Below are positions 8,937 to 20,730 of a stretch of 64,000 bases of DNA, in pieces. The stretch comes from an uncultured Desulfospira sp. (GTDB lineage Bacteria; Desulfobacterota; Desulfobacteria; Desulfobacterales; Desulfobacteraceae). Position 1 is the stretch's first letter, and each line of letters opens with the position of its first letter. The DNA lies in the NCBI GenBank assembly GCA_963663165.1, contig OY760175.1, positions 5,344,001 through 5,408,000 on the forward strand. Reading direction: 5' to 3'. The notes under the pieces were generated by a model. That model was not told the origin of the DNA. It ran no database searches and saw nothing but the letters and a program-made list of their open reading frames with translations. A program made the translations under genes and the position numbers.

Positions 8937-9847
8937 TTTTTCGGCTCCTTTGGTGTCGGTGCTTTTCCAGGCCTTAAGCACTTGGTTCTAATGAACTGAA
9001 AATAGTCAAACAAACATGTTATCGGGCACAGGAGCCTGCACCAGGGGCGCCTGAAAACCAGGGAGGAAAGGACCACCAGGATGGTCAGCCCGAACAGCAT
9101 GGTGGAACCGATAAAGTTGAAGGCCATACCAAAGGGCTCGTAGGTGGCCTGTGAAGGGTCGCGCCAATATAACGCGGCAGACAGGACCAGCAGCGCAAAG
9201 CCCCGGGCCGCCCAGGGCATCCAGCGATAGACCGGTGGTGGAGCGCACCCGGTAATCCGGCCGAGCCCTTCCTGAAGCGCCCCAAATGGACAGATCCACG
9301 CACAATACAGATTCTTGCGGGTCACCAGAAACAGCAGCACCGCCAGCCCCAGGCAAAGCAAAGGCCCTGCCGTGGCCAGCCCCTTTTGCCAGCCGCCCCC
9401 CAGTAAAAGCGTTATGGTGGACCAGGAAAACTGACACCCGTAGACAAACCCCAGAAGGATCAGGGAGATCAGCAGGATGGCCAGGCGCGGCCATTTCTTG
9501 TTCCAGGGGAACCGCTTTCCGGAAACCAACCAGACAATGCCGAACAACATCACGATGGCCAGCAGCTTGGGCCATTCATGGCCAGGCCAGTAGTAAGGGT
9601 CTAAGGTGGCTTTCGCTGCAAGGCCGAAGCGCTCATGGCCTATATGGGCCAGTGCCCCGGAAAGCCCCTCAATGACGGCGGTGGACGAAATGGTGGCCCC
9701 GGAGACCGCATCCACCTCGGGAAGATTATCTAACCGGTGTCCCGGATAGGCGTTTAAAATGCCATGGTTCACCACCTTGCTCAAATAGGTGCGGGTGTCC
9801 GTGCTGTGTAAAATAGCGGCTTGTTCGATTAAACCCGATGGGCCAAT
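8933..9847 (-). pseudogene. 5'-truncated FMN-binding / 4Fe-4S membrane protein (NosR/RdhC-like)
   Basis: VDAVSGATISS flavinylation motif; CAWICPFG and CRLLCP; frame extends to about 9847, mid-FMN domain, with no proper N-terminus. Confidence 0.7.
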
Positions 9848-10466
9848 TCGCGAGGACCTTTACTTTAGGCTGTTTGTCTTTCCCATATATATTCCGCCCC
9901 TCAGGGAAAGGGTTCAGGATATCCCCGCACTGATTCATTTTTTTATTCAACGGATCTGTGACAGATTGAACATCAGCTCCCCGCCGGTGCTGCATCCCGG
10001 ATCACTGCCCAGGCTTTCTGCCTATTCCTGGCCTGGAAATATCCGGGAACTGGAAAATCTGGTTGAACGGGCCGTGATCCTGTCCAGCGGGGATGTTATC
10101 ACGCCGGAAAAATATTTGCCCCGGGATGCGGGCTGGTATATCCGGCCCGGAGACGAGAAGGGATATCTTGAAAAGCTCATTGACCAGAGAATTGAAGCCT
10201 GGTCGGAAGACCACCCGCAGTTCAAATTTGATTCGGCTGAGGACGCCCCGGGATTGCCGGCAAAAGATACCCGGGAAGGCCGGCTTCCCGTAAAGCCCCT
10301 GGACGATTTGGTGCGCGAAGGCATTGAACACGCCTTGCGGTCCTGCAGCGGCCGGATCAGCGGCCCCCATGGTGCCGCAGCGGCGTTAAGGATCAATGCC
10401 AGCACCTTGCGCAACAAGATGGCCAGGCTTGGCATTAACCCGTCAGATTGGCGTCCTGCCCGGTAA
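9845..10466 (+). pseudogene. 5'-truncated sigma54-dependent activator (end of AAA+ domain plus Fis-type HTH)
   Basis: REDLYFRL..FPI.IPPLRER, WPGNIREL, AAAALRINASTL; Walker A and GAFTGA absent. Confidence 0.8.
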
Positions 10467-10507
10467 GGGCCTTGGCGCTGGTCCATACTGTGAGTAAACC
10501 ACACGGG

Positions 10508-10984
10508 TCAGGGAATTTCATCGGTGTCAGGGTCCAGCAACAGGGGCTTTTTTTTCTTATGGCTGTCGATGACAAAGGCGGACTGGATGCTCTGGATGCC
10601 CTGGATCCGGGTCAGCTTCTGGTTGATGAATTCTCCGTAGGCTTTGATGTCTTTGGCAATGACCTTGAGGATAAAGTCGTTGGGTCCGGCCATCTGGTAG
10701 CACTCCACCACCTCTTCAAGGGCGGCAAATTCTTTTTTAATGGCATCCACTGAGCTGAGCTTGCTTAAGCTCAAGGAAATGCTGACAATGGAGGTGATGG
10801 AAAATCCGATTTTTTCCGGGTCCACCACCGCCGTAAAATGGGAGATCACCCCGGAAAGTTCCAGGCGCCGGACCCTTTCTAAGGTGGACGGCGCTGAAAT
10901 CCCCACCATCCTGGACAGCTTGGCATTGGTGATCTTGCCGTTCTCCTGGAGAATGTTCAGTATCTTTTTGTCAATCTTGTCCAC
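10508..10984 (-). CDS. Lrp/AsnC family transcriptional regulator
   Basis: DKIDKKILNILQENGKIT...ERVRRLE HTH and C-terminal RAM domain. Confidence 0.9.
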   Translation of the reverse strand: MDKIDKKILNILQENGKITNAKLSRMVGISAPSTLERVRRLELSGVISHFTAVVDPEKIGFSITSIVSISLSLSKLSSVDAIKKEFAALEEVVECYQMAGPNDFILKVIAKDIKAYGEFINQKLTRIQGIQSIQSAFVIDSHKKKKPLLLDPDTDEIP

Positions 10985-11140
10985 TGTCTGGCCTTTCTGT
11001 GCATATAAGGGGGTTCATTTATTGCGGCCGGCCTGCCGCCCAAGCCATCCTTATCTTTTTTGGGGCCTGATGGCAAGGGGTTCCTGAATATGGTGACCGC
11101 ATTTGTAATAATACAGTTAATCCAATATAATTGAAGGGAA

Positions 11141-11274
11141 AAACACGGACGAACACGGACATTCACGGACGATCACAGACACACGGACGAACACGGACAG
11201 CCCGAGGAGTCCGTGACTGTCCGTGTGTCTGTGTCAGTCCTTGTTCGTCCGTGTCAGTCTGTGTGTCCGTGTTT
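11141..11274. repeat. Inverted array of ACACGGAC-type short repeats
   Basis: About 6 CACGGAC/CACAGAC units followed by about 6 GTCCGTG/GTCTGTG units. Confidence 0.85.
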
Positions 11275-11281
11275 CAGTTCG

Positions 11282-11399
11282 GTAGGGCGGGCACGCTTTT
11301 TGTGCCCGCCGGTTGCCGCAAGTCCGTTTGATTTATCTTTCAAAAAACAACATGTTATAAGGAAAATGGTGGGCAACGCTGCGCTTTTGCCCACCCTAC
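11282..11399. repeat. Inverted pair of GTAG-type REP elements (REPIN-like)
   Basis: GTAG-GGCGGGCAC..GTGCCCGCC and GGTGGGCAA..TTGCCCACC-CTAC. Confidence 0.75.
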
Positions 11400-11402
11400 C
11401 GA

Positions 11403-11463
11403 ACTTGGGACTTGGGGATTGCAGCAGCCGTGGCCTCCCCAAGTCCCATATCCCAAGTCCCAA
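11403..11463. repeat. CTTGGGA/TCCCAAG heptamer inverted repeats
   Basis: Direct reading of the sequence. Confidence 0.7.
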
Positions 11464-11826
11464 TTCTATAAAAATTTACGAACGGTATCTGAATACCATG
11501 CCGGATTATAAATTCGGGCCCTCTGGTTTCCTTAAATTCCGTGGCTTGTTTTTTTATCAAATTAATATATACTAAGAAAAATTCTCTCAATGACGATTCC
11601 AATTATTACAGCTGCATTTGAAAGCGACCGTATCCGTTTAAAATAGCCGGGCAAGATTGCCCAAAGAAAAGAAACCCGATTAATTATTATCTTATGACCC
11701 CTTGGGCGCATCCCCTCGGGCATCTGGCCAGGGCCGATTCACATTGTTCGTTGGCGAAACAGCCATAGGGCGGCCTGGTTTTCTTGGATAAACACTTTTA
11801 GGAAAATCGCAAAATAAGGAGAGCAG

Positions 11827-13833
11827 ATGAAGAAGATTAAAGATTTCAGGTTAAGCGTTAAATTGATTCTCACAGGATTGGTCGCTGTTTTGATTTCCAT
11901 GGGAAGCGTCGGGCTGATATCGGTAAAAATCGCATCGGATGCCCTGCTTACCATCGGCCTGGACAATTCAAGAAGCATTGCCGCGTATATGGCCAAGGCG
12001 ACCCAAAGTTATGTGGAACTTGAAATGCAGATTACCCGGGCCATGGGCATCAGCCCTGTCATAACCGACACCATCCGGCAGGTTGCCCGGAACGGTACAC
12101 AGAATTCCATGGACAGCCTGAAGGATTTAGACCGCTATTTAAAGGAAGTTCATGAGAAAGTCGGTAAAAATCTGGACTTGTACTTCGTGGCCGACCGGGA
12201 GGGGAACACCGTGGCCGACAGCCTTGACGGCACCATGAGGCAGCAAAAAATCAATATCATGGACAGGGGATACTTTTCCAAGGCACGGCAAACCGGCCGG
12301 CCTGTGATCGGAGAACCCATCAAGTCCCGGGCATCCGGTGCCCCCTCCATCGTTCTGGCCATTCCGTTAACCGATGATGACGGCAATTTTGCCGGGGTCT
12401 TTGGCTCTGTGCTTAAATTGGATGCCATGTCCGAGTCGTTAACCGATTTCAAGGTGGGAAAAACCGGGTATCCGTTTATTGTAGACAGCCAGGGGATGAT
12501 TATTGCCCACCCCAACAGCGATCTGCTGTTTGACCTTAATATTAAATCCCTTAAGGGAATGGAGAACATCACCGACCACATGCTTGCGGGCCAGGACGGC
12601 GGGGAGTATTATATTTACAAGGGAAAAGAGAAACAGGCCGGGTATGCCAGTGTTCCCCTGACCGGCTGGAGCATTGCCGTTACCCAGAACATGGAAGAAT
12701 TAATGGCCCATGTGAACAAGATTATCTTTTACAGTGCCCTGATCGGGATTGTGATTTTACTGGTGGTTTTCATTGTACTTTATTTTGGCACCAACGCCAT
12801 TGTTAAACCCATCAATCAAGCCGTTTCCGGACTTAAGGCCATGGCCGAAGGCGAAGGCGACTTGACCCAGCGCCTGCCCGTGTCCGGAAGGGATGAAGTC
12901 GGGATACTTTCCCATACGTTCAATATTTTTATTGAAAAATTGCAGTCCATGATTTCCGATATTTCCCAGGGGGTGCATACCCTGTCATCGTCCTCAACAG
13001 AGCTTGCCGCTGTTTCGGAAGAAATGTCGGCCGGGGCCGCCAATACCTCTGAAAAGGCCGGTTCGGTAGCTGCTGCGGCCGAGGAAATGACCATGAACAT
13101 GAATTCCGTATCGGCCGCCATGGAGGAGTCTGCCAATAATATCAACATGGTGGCCAGCGCCGCACAGCAGATGAATTCCACCATTGATGCCATTGGCAAA
13201 AATACCGGAAGGGCCCGGGATGTGGCAGCCAATGCCGTGAACAGCGTGGAGCAGTCTGCCGAACGGATGCGGGAATTAGGTGCCGCCGCCCAGGCCATCG
13301 GCCAGGTGGTTGAAACCATTACCGACATTTCCGAACAGGTCAATCTGCTTTCCTTGAACGCCACCATCGAGGCGGCCAGGGCCGGGGAGGCGGGCAAGGG
13401 CTTTGCCGTTGTGGCCAATGAAATAAAGGAACTGGCCAGCCAGACATCCAATGCGTCCCAGGATATCAAAGATAAAATAGACCATATCCAGCAAAGCGCC
13501 TCCGGTTCCATGGCCGGGATGGAAGAGGTCACCGGGGTCATTGGCAAGGTCAGTGAAATTGTATCTGAAATTGCCGCCGCCGTTGAAGAACAGTCTGCGG
13601 CCACCCATGAGATCAATGAAAATATCGCCCATGCCTCTTCGGGGATTGAAGAGGTGACCCAGAACGTGGGCAATGGCGCCCAGGTGGCCGAAGGGATTAC
13701 CAGGGATATCTCCAGGGTAAACCAGTCTGCTGAAAATATGACCCTGCGCAGTCAGAAAATTCAAACCAGCGCTGAAGAATTGTCCAGCCTTGCCGAGAGA
13801 CTCGACGAGCTGGTCGGCCAGTTTAAGATTTAG
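11827..13833 (+). CDS. Methyl-accepting chemotaxis protein (Cache-HAMP-MCP)
   Basis: Two TM segments, Cache-like [19 protein letters not shown], and [21 protein letters not shown]. Confidence 0.95.
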   Translation: MKKIKDFRLSVKLILTGLVAVLISMGSVGLISVKIASDALLTIGLDNSRSIAAYMAKATQSYVELEMQITRAMGISPVITDTIRQVARNGTQNSMDSLKDLDRYLKEVHEKVGKNLDLYFVADREGNTVADSLDGTMRQQKINIMDRGYFSKARQTGRPVIGEPIKSRASGAPSIVLAIPLTDDDGNFAGVFGSVLKLDAMSESLTDFKVGKTGYPFIVDSQGMIIAHPNSDLLFDLNIKSLKGMENITDHMLAGQDGGEYYIYKGKEKQAGYASVPLTGWSIAVTQNMEELMAHVNKIIFYSALIGIVILLVVFIVLYFGTNAIVKPINQAVSGLKAMAEGEGDLTQRLPVSGRDEVGILSHTFNIFIEKLQSMISDISQGVHTLSSSSTELAAVSEEMSAGAANTSEKAGSVAAAAEEMTMNMNSVSAAMEESANNINMVASAAQQMNSTIDAIGKNTGRARDVAANAVNSVEQSAERMRELGAAAQAIGQVVETITDISEQVNLLSLNATIEAARAGEAGKGFAVVANEIKELASQTSNASQDIKDKIDHIQQSASGSMAGMEEVTGVIGKVSEIVSEIAAAVEEQSAATHEINENIAHASSGIEEVTQNVGNGAQVAEGITRDISRVNQSAENMTLRSQKIQTSAEELSSLAERLDELVGQFKI

Positions 13834-14597
13834 TGCTCCCCAACGGGTTTGTTTGCGTAAACAATAAAGAACCGGGGGGCTTGTCCGGCCCCGTAGGGGT
13901 TGATTCTGAAATGCCGGCGGATATCCCAGGACAGCACCTGCTGGAATCCGGCGTTGTGCATCAGACGGCCCGCATCCTGAGAAGTGACGCCTTCATAAAG
14001 GGGAAGGGAGCGGATCAGTCCGGCATAATGGGAAAAGAAGCGGCATGAAATCAGGCTGCGGGACTTTAACAGCCCTTTTGCCAGTTTCAGGGCCAGGACA
14101 GGGAGCCGGGCCCAGGTGATGTTGCGCCAGTATCCGTCGGAAATGATGATGCGGCCGCCGGGTTTCAGCACCCGGTGCCATTCCTGAATGGCGGCTTCCG
14201 GGTTGGGAAGGGTCCAGACCAGGTTACGGGTGACCACCACGTCAAAGGTATTGTCTTCAAAGGCCAGGTTTTCGGCGTCGCCGGTTTGAAAATCAGCATT
14301 AAGGTTTAATTCACGCGCTTTTTGCCTGGCCCGGTCAATCATGCCGGCAGAAATATCAATCCCGGTAACCCGGAACCCTTTCTGGGCAAGGTAAAAGGCC
14401 AGTTGGCCAGGGCCGGTTCCCACATCAAGGGCCGTCAGGAGATTCCCCTTTACAGGGGAGACCAGGGCATTGATGGTGGATTCCCAGTCCTTTACCGTCT
14501 CAATGGATTTGTCACAGTCGAGTTCATAACTTGAGCTTCTCCAGTTCCAATAAGTTGCAATCCGGTTTTTGAGGCGGCCCATTTTGCTGGTTTTCAT
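13830..14597 (-). CDS. Class I SAM-dependent methyltransferase
   Basis: [35 protein letters not shown] before the ATG at 14597. Confidence 0.9.
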   Translation of the reverse strand: MKTSKMGRLKNRIATYWNWRSSSYELDCDKSIETVKDWESTINALVSPVKGNLLTALDVGTGPGQLAFYLAQKGFRVTGIDISAGMIDRARQKARELNLNADFQTGDAENLAFEDNTFDVVVTRNLVWTLPNPEAAIQEWHRVLKPGGRIIISDGYWRNITWARLPVLALKLAKGLLKSRSLISCRFFSHYAGLIRSLPLYEGVTSQDAGRLMHNAGFQQVLSWDIRRHFRINPYGAGQAPRFFIVYANKPVGEH

Positions 14598-14641
14598 TGA
14601 TTCTCCCTTTCTGAAAATTTTTGCTAACGCCGGATGCCCAC

Positions 14642-14695
14642 AAAAAAACACGAAGGCAGACGACGCATGCGGTCAGCACGTGTTCAACCTTCGTG
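14642..14695 (-). terminator. Intrinsic terminator in the 5' leader of the methyltransferase gene
   Basis: CACGAAGG...CCTTCGTG stem followed by T7 on the minus strand. Confidence 0.6.
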
Positions 14696-14841
14696 GTTTT
14701 GGTTTTTTTAATATGGAGGGGGTGAAATTAGCCCCTTATCCCGTAAACTACTCGGCACATCAGCTTTTTTCCGGATTCTTCCGGACATTTCATACGAGAA
14801 AATCAGCATGAAAATATTTGCCTTCAGGCAAAATTTCTGCT

Positions 14842-14870
14842 TTTATAATAAAACATCCGGAGGCCGTCAA
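14842..14870 (-). promoter_or_regulatory. sigma70-type promoter
   Basis: TTGACG-N17-TATAAA. Confidence 0.6.
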
Positions 14871-15064
14871 GCAAAATGCGGCTTTCAATCAGGGCAGATG
14901 GTGTCTGCCATGCCGTTAGATATGCCAAAACCCATAACCGCCCGCCCCCTTCTTCATCGCTGATCTCGGTTACAGGCAAAAGACTATACGGACAATCATG
15001 TATTCCTGTTGATTGTTGACCGGGGGCTGGAACTGTTTAACCCCTTAACTCTTGGGATGATTTC

Positions 15065-16354
15065 ATGGATTTTAAATTAATGGACAGAATGCTGGCATTA
15101 AGCGATTTAATCGGGCATGCCGATATCGCATACATTGAGGCCAACCGGAAGCTGGAGGTCGTTTACTGGAACCAGGGGGCTGTCCGGATGTTCGGGCTCA
15201 GTGAAGATGATGCCATGGGGCAGTTTTTGTATGACCTGCTTTCCTTGAAGAAAAGAGAGTTAAGGGCCTGTACCGAGACCACCCTGGCCACGTTTTCCCG
15301 CCAGGACACCAAAGGCTGCACCATCCCCTATGTCCTTTATTATGCGCCCATTATGAAGGTGAACGGTGAAAAACTAGGGGTGGCTGTAATGGCAAAGGAT
15401 ATCCTGGGAAATGAAAAGGAAAAAGCGGCATTTAAGAACCGGGACAAGAATTTAGACGATATTTTCGAGTTTGCACCCATGGGAATTTACCATGTCAACA
15501 AGGAAGGCAATGTGGTTTGCGCCAACCCCGAATATGCCTGGATGCTGGGGTATGAGTCGGCACAGGCGGCAGCCGAGCAGATTTCAGATTTTGTCGATCA
15601 GACCTTTTACGACCCTGAAAAAGCGGAAGAATTCATGTTCGGGGTATACGAGGCCGAAGAAGTCATCCGGCTTCGGGCCCGGTTAAAGAAAAAGGATGAA
15701 TCCCTTGTCTGGGCCATGTGCTATGCCCGGGCCACCAAAGGTGAGGATGGCCGGATCAATGGATTTAACGGGTTTTCCATTGATATCAGCGAGATGGTCC
15801 GGACAGAGGAGCAGTTAAAGACGGCCAATGAAAAATTGAAAATGCTGTCCGTGATGGACGGCTTGACCCGGATTCCCAACCGGAGGCGGTTTGATGAGTA
15901 TCTGGATGCCGAATGGCGGCGGCATTACCGGGACAAGGAACAATTGTCCGTTATCCTGTGCGACATCGATTTTTTTAAATTGTACAATGACACTTACGGC
16001 CATCAGGCCGGCGACGACTGCCTGATCAAGGTGGCCGGTGCCATTGCCGGGAGTGCGGCCCGGGCCACAGACCTGGCCGCCCGCTACGGCGGAGAGGAAT
16101 TTGCGCTTATTTTGCCCCACACAGATGCCAAAGGGGCCATGGCTGTGGCGGAAACGGTATGGGAAAACGTCCAGAATTTAAAGATTGATCATGAAATGTC
16201 TACGGTCAATGACCATGTCAGCTTAAGCCTTGGGGTGGCCACCATGGTGCCTGATGAAGGCAATCAGGCCGAAGACCTGGTGGCCCTGGCGGATAAGGCC
16301 CTGTATGAGGCAAAGGAGAACGGCAGAAATCAGTATCGGTTCTTAGACTGTTAG
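15065..16354 (+). CDS. PAS-PAS-GGDEF diguanylate cyclase
   Basis: DIDFFKLYNDTYGH, RATD I-site, RYGGEEF. Confidence 0.93.
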   Translation: MDFKLMDRMLALSDLIGHADIAYIEANRKLEVVYWNQGAVRMFGLSEDDAMGQFLYDLLSLKKRELRACTETTLATFSRQDTKGCTIPYVLYYAPIMKVNGEKLGVAVMAKDILGNEKEKAAFKNRDKNLDDIFEFAPMGIYHVNKEGNVVCANPEYAWMLGYESAQAAAEQISDFVDQTFYDPEKAEEFMFGVYEAEEVIRLRARLKKKDESLVWAMCYARATKGEDGRINGFNGFSIDISEMVRTEEQLKTANEKLKMLSVMDGLTRIPNRRRFDEYLDAEWRRHYRDKEQLSVILCDIDFFKLYNDTYGHQAGDDCLIKVAGAIAGSAARATDLAARYGGEEFALILPHTDAKGAMAVAETVWENVQNLKIDHEMSTVNDHVSLSLGVATMVPDEGNQAEDLVALADKALYEAKENGRNQYRFLDC

Positions 16355-16415
16355 ACTGAAGGGTGACAGACATTTGATTTTTCTTCAGCCTAATCCCCTT
16401 CAGCCTAATCCCCTT

Positions 16416-18320
<1,905 letters not shown>

Positions 18321-18488
18321 GTTTTACCTCCATTGTTGTTGTGGTTGTTTACGGGCTAAAGGTATGACATGGCCGATTGATGTCAATTAAATTTTCATTA
18401 TTTTTTTCATCTTTTCAAAAAAAGTAATGCAATTTGTACACAGGAGTTTCTGCCGGCTGGCCCCATTTACCGTACAGGTGATAATGGT

Positions 18489-18516
18489 GTAGGGGCAATT
18501 CATGAATTGCCCCTGC
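18489..18516. repeat. GTAG-type REP palindrome
   Basis: GTAGGGGCAATTCATGAATTGCCCCTGC. Confidence 0.7.
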
Positions 18517-18615
18517 GACCGCCCCAACAACACCGCAACATCTGGTCTCCATTTATCCCGGCATTAACGTCCGTGTTTTTTTTGCCGGCAGATGGCCTTG
18601 CCGGCCAGCCGGAAT

Positions 18616-19188
18616 CTATCCGTTGATGTCGGCTTTGTACATCAGGTCCTTGTCCATTTTATAGGTCCAGGGCAGTCCCTCAAGCTTCCATCCGCCGGCC
18701 CACCGTTTGCCGTAATAGACACTGGCTTTATTTTTGTTTTTGTCGCCTTCAAAGCCGCCCATGAGGTTGAATACCTTTGCCTCGTCAAAGCCGGCCTTGA
18801 TGGCTTCGTTACAGGCGGTGCAGCTTCGGTTGCCCGAACGGCATAAAATGATCAGGGTGTCTGTTTTGGGGTCGAACCGGCTGAGTAGGTCTTTGCCGAA
18901 ATTATCGTTCATGGCTTCGGTATACCCTTTTTCCCCCGCATTGGTGGTTAAAAAACGCAACGGGACATTGTATGCATTTTCCGGGTGCCCCACAAACTGG
19001 TATTCAGCCCGTGTGCGGCAATCGACCAGAAAGGTGTGCTCCGGGTCTTTTTGAACCATTTTAAACGCGTCTTCAGGAGTCAGGTCCCCCCCGAGATGAT
19101 CTTTGTTGGCCTTGTATTCATACCCGCCCGCAAAGGCCAGGCTAGTAAAAAACAACATGCCGGTCAGCAAATAAAAAATTTTTTTCAT
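18616..19188 (-). CDS. Exported rhodanese-domain sulfurtransferase
   Basis: Signal peptide (..SLAFA); LVDCRT..EY..GH; active-site loop CRSGNRS. Confidence 0.88.
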   Translation of the reverse strand: MKKIFYLLTGMLFFTSLAFAGGYEYKANKDHLGGDLTPEDAFKMVQKDPEHTFLVDCRTRAEYQFVGHPENAYNVPLRFLTTNAGEKGYTEAMNDNFGKDLLSRFDPKTDTLIILCRSGNRSCTACNEAIKAGFDEAKVFNLMGGFEGDKNKNKASVYYGKRWAGGWKLEGLPWTYKMDKDLMYKADING

Positions 19189-19245
19189 GTCCTTTCTCCT
19201 TTTTGAATTAGATTTTTGATACGGCGGCTCAACACAGCCGCCCCG

Positions 19246-20580
19246 CTATTGTTTCAGGATTTTTTCAGGAATCCTGTCTTTGGGCACAATAGTCTTTTGA
19301 TTGGCCTTTATTTCCTCCGGGGTCAGGTCCTTTGCCTGTAAAAACAATTCCGGGTTCCCATGGCAGCTGTTACAGGTTTCGGCCTGGCGTGTTTTCAATA
19401 TAATGTTATGGGGAGAGCTTCGTTTCCAGGTGGGAACAGCCGGAAAATTCTCCAATCCCTTGGGGATGTAAAATTTAAAGGTGTCCGGCACAACAGGGGC
19501 ATGCCGGACCACCACATATTCGTAAGGGGCTTTTTGTGTGGGCTCCGGGTTCAGGCCGATTTTAAACATCACATGGGTTTTCTGGCATTTGAAATAGGGC
19601 AGCCCTTTTTTATCCGTGCCCACATGACAGGAAAAGCAGCTTTTGGAGGCCTGGGAATGGCAAACCTGGCAGGCCAGTTTTTGGACATGCCCGGTATGAT
19701 ACGGGTTTTTGCTGTCCGGTTTGAGGACATCTTCATGGCACTGAATGCATTCCGGCTTCTGGGCAAGGGCATACCGGTCGGTGGCGGCATTGGCATGCAT
19801 CTCATTGGCGTTGTGGCAGTTCATGCAGGTCATTTCTTCGTCTTCAAAATGGGTGTCGGGCGCCAAATCCTCGGTGGTCCCGGTAAATTCACCATGGACC
19901 CGTCCTCCGTGGCAGGAGGCACAGGTGGTATCCATGGGCGGCTTCTTCTTAAAGTGGTGTTTGGATAAAAAACCGCCTTTGACATAGTCCGGCCGGGAGA
20001 TGTGGCATTGTCCGCAACTGCTGTGGCAGGTCCCGCAGTGCCGGTCCATGGATTCTTTGAGGACTTTTCTGGTGTCGGGGGCACAGCATTCCCCGCCGGC
20101 CCGGCTGAAGATGGCCTGAAACATGGGCCCCAGGGTATAATGCAGGCTGTTGGTCGCCGTTTCAACGATATCGCCGTGACATTCTCCGCACACCCGATCG
20201 GCATCCCGGATGGTCGGATCGGTGACCAGTCCCTTGTGGGCGGTCTGCCAGTTATCGTCATCCGGTAAGCCGCCGTGGCATTCCTGGCAGGGGATCTGGC
20301 CATGCTCGGTTTCCAGAAAGGCCGGATCCACATAAATCTTCTGGTACAGCTCCAACGGAGCCAGCGGGCCGCCTCACCCTTCGCCGGTGGTTTCGGAGCT
20401 TTGGCCTTTCCTGGGCTTGAGTTTTTCTACCTCCCAGCACAGGCGGATCAATTTTTTCAGGTTGGTATGGCATTGGATACACTGGCTGGAAGGCTCTTGC
20501 GAAAAAGAGGCCGGGGAAATTATCGCAGCGATGAAGCCAAACGCAAAAATCAAAGGGAGAATCTTCTTTTTGAAGCGCAT
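19246..20580 (-). CDS. Predicted 444-aa undecaheme cytochrome c selenoprotein (UGA at 20374-20376 read as Sec)
   Basis: ORFs 20374-20580 and 19246-20355 are in frame, joined by TGA-GGPLAP; 1+10 CxxCH motifs; only the upstream ORF has a signal peptide. Confidence 0.8.
20347..20363 (-). promoter_or_regulatory. SECIS-like hairpin
   Basis: TGGCTCC-GTT-GGAGCTG starting 10 nt after the UGA, G in the apical loop. Confidence 0.55.
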
Positions 20581-20730
20581 TCAAATCACCTTTTTTATAG
20601 AAACAATGTTGGGCTCTGGCTAAGTTACTTAGTACTTGACCAGTGGCCTGTCAAGGAAAAAACTTGGTCCTTGCCTTTCTGTGGCCTTCCTGGTAAATCC
20701 CAGGTTGGATTTATATTAAGGAAGGTGAAC

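Noticed and set aside
11141..11463. CRISPR array
   Set aside because: Units are 7-9 bp and inverted, with no unique spacers and no cas genes
14893..14975. Fluoride riboswitch-like GGCAGATGGTGTCTGCC...AACCGC...GCTGAT
   Set aside because: The 3' pseudoknot complement (GACACC) is missing, the spacing is off, and no crcB/eriC-type gene follows
20275..20730. Long N-terminal extension of FdhD
   Set aside because: Overlaps the cytochrome gene antisense; an RBS supports the start at 20731
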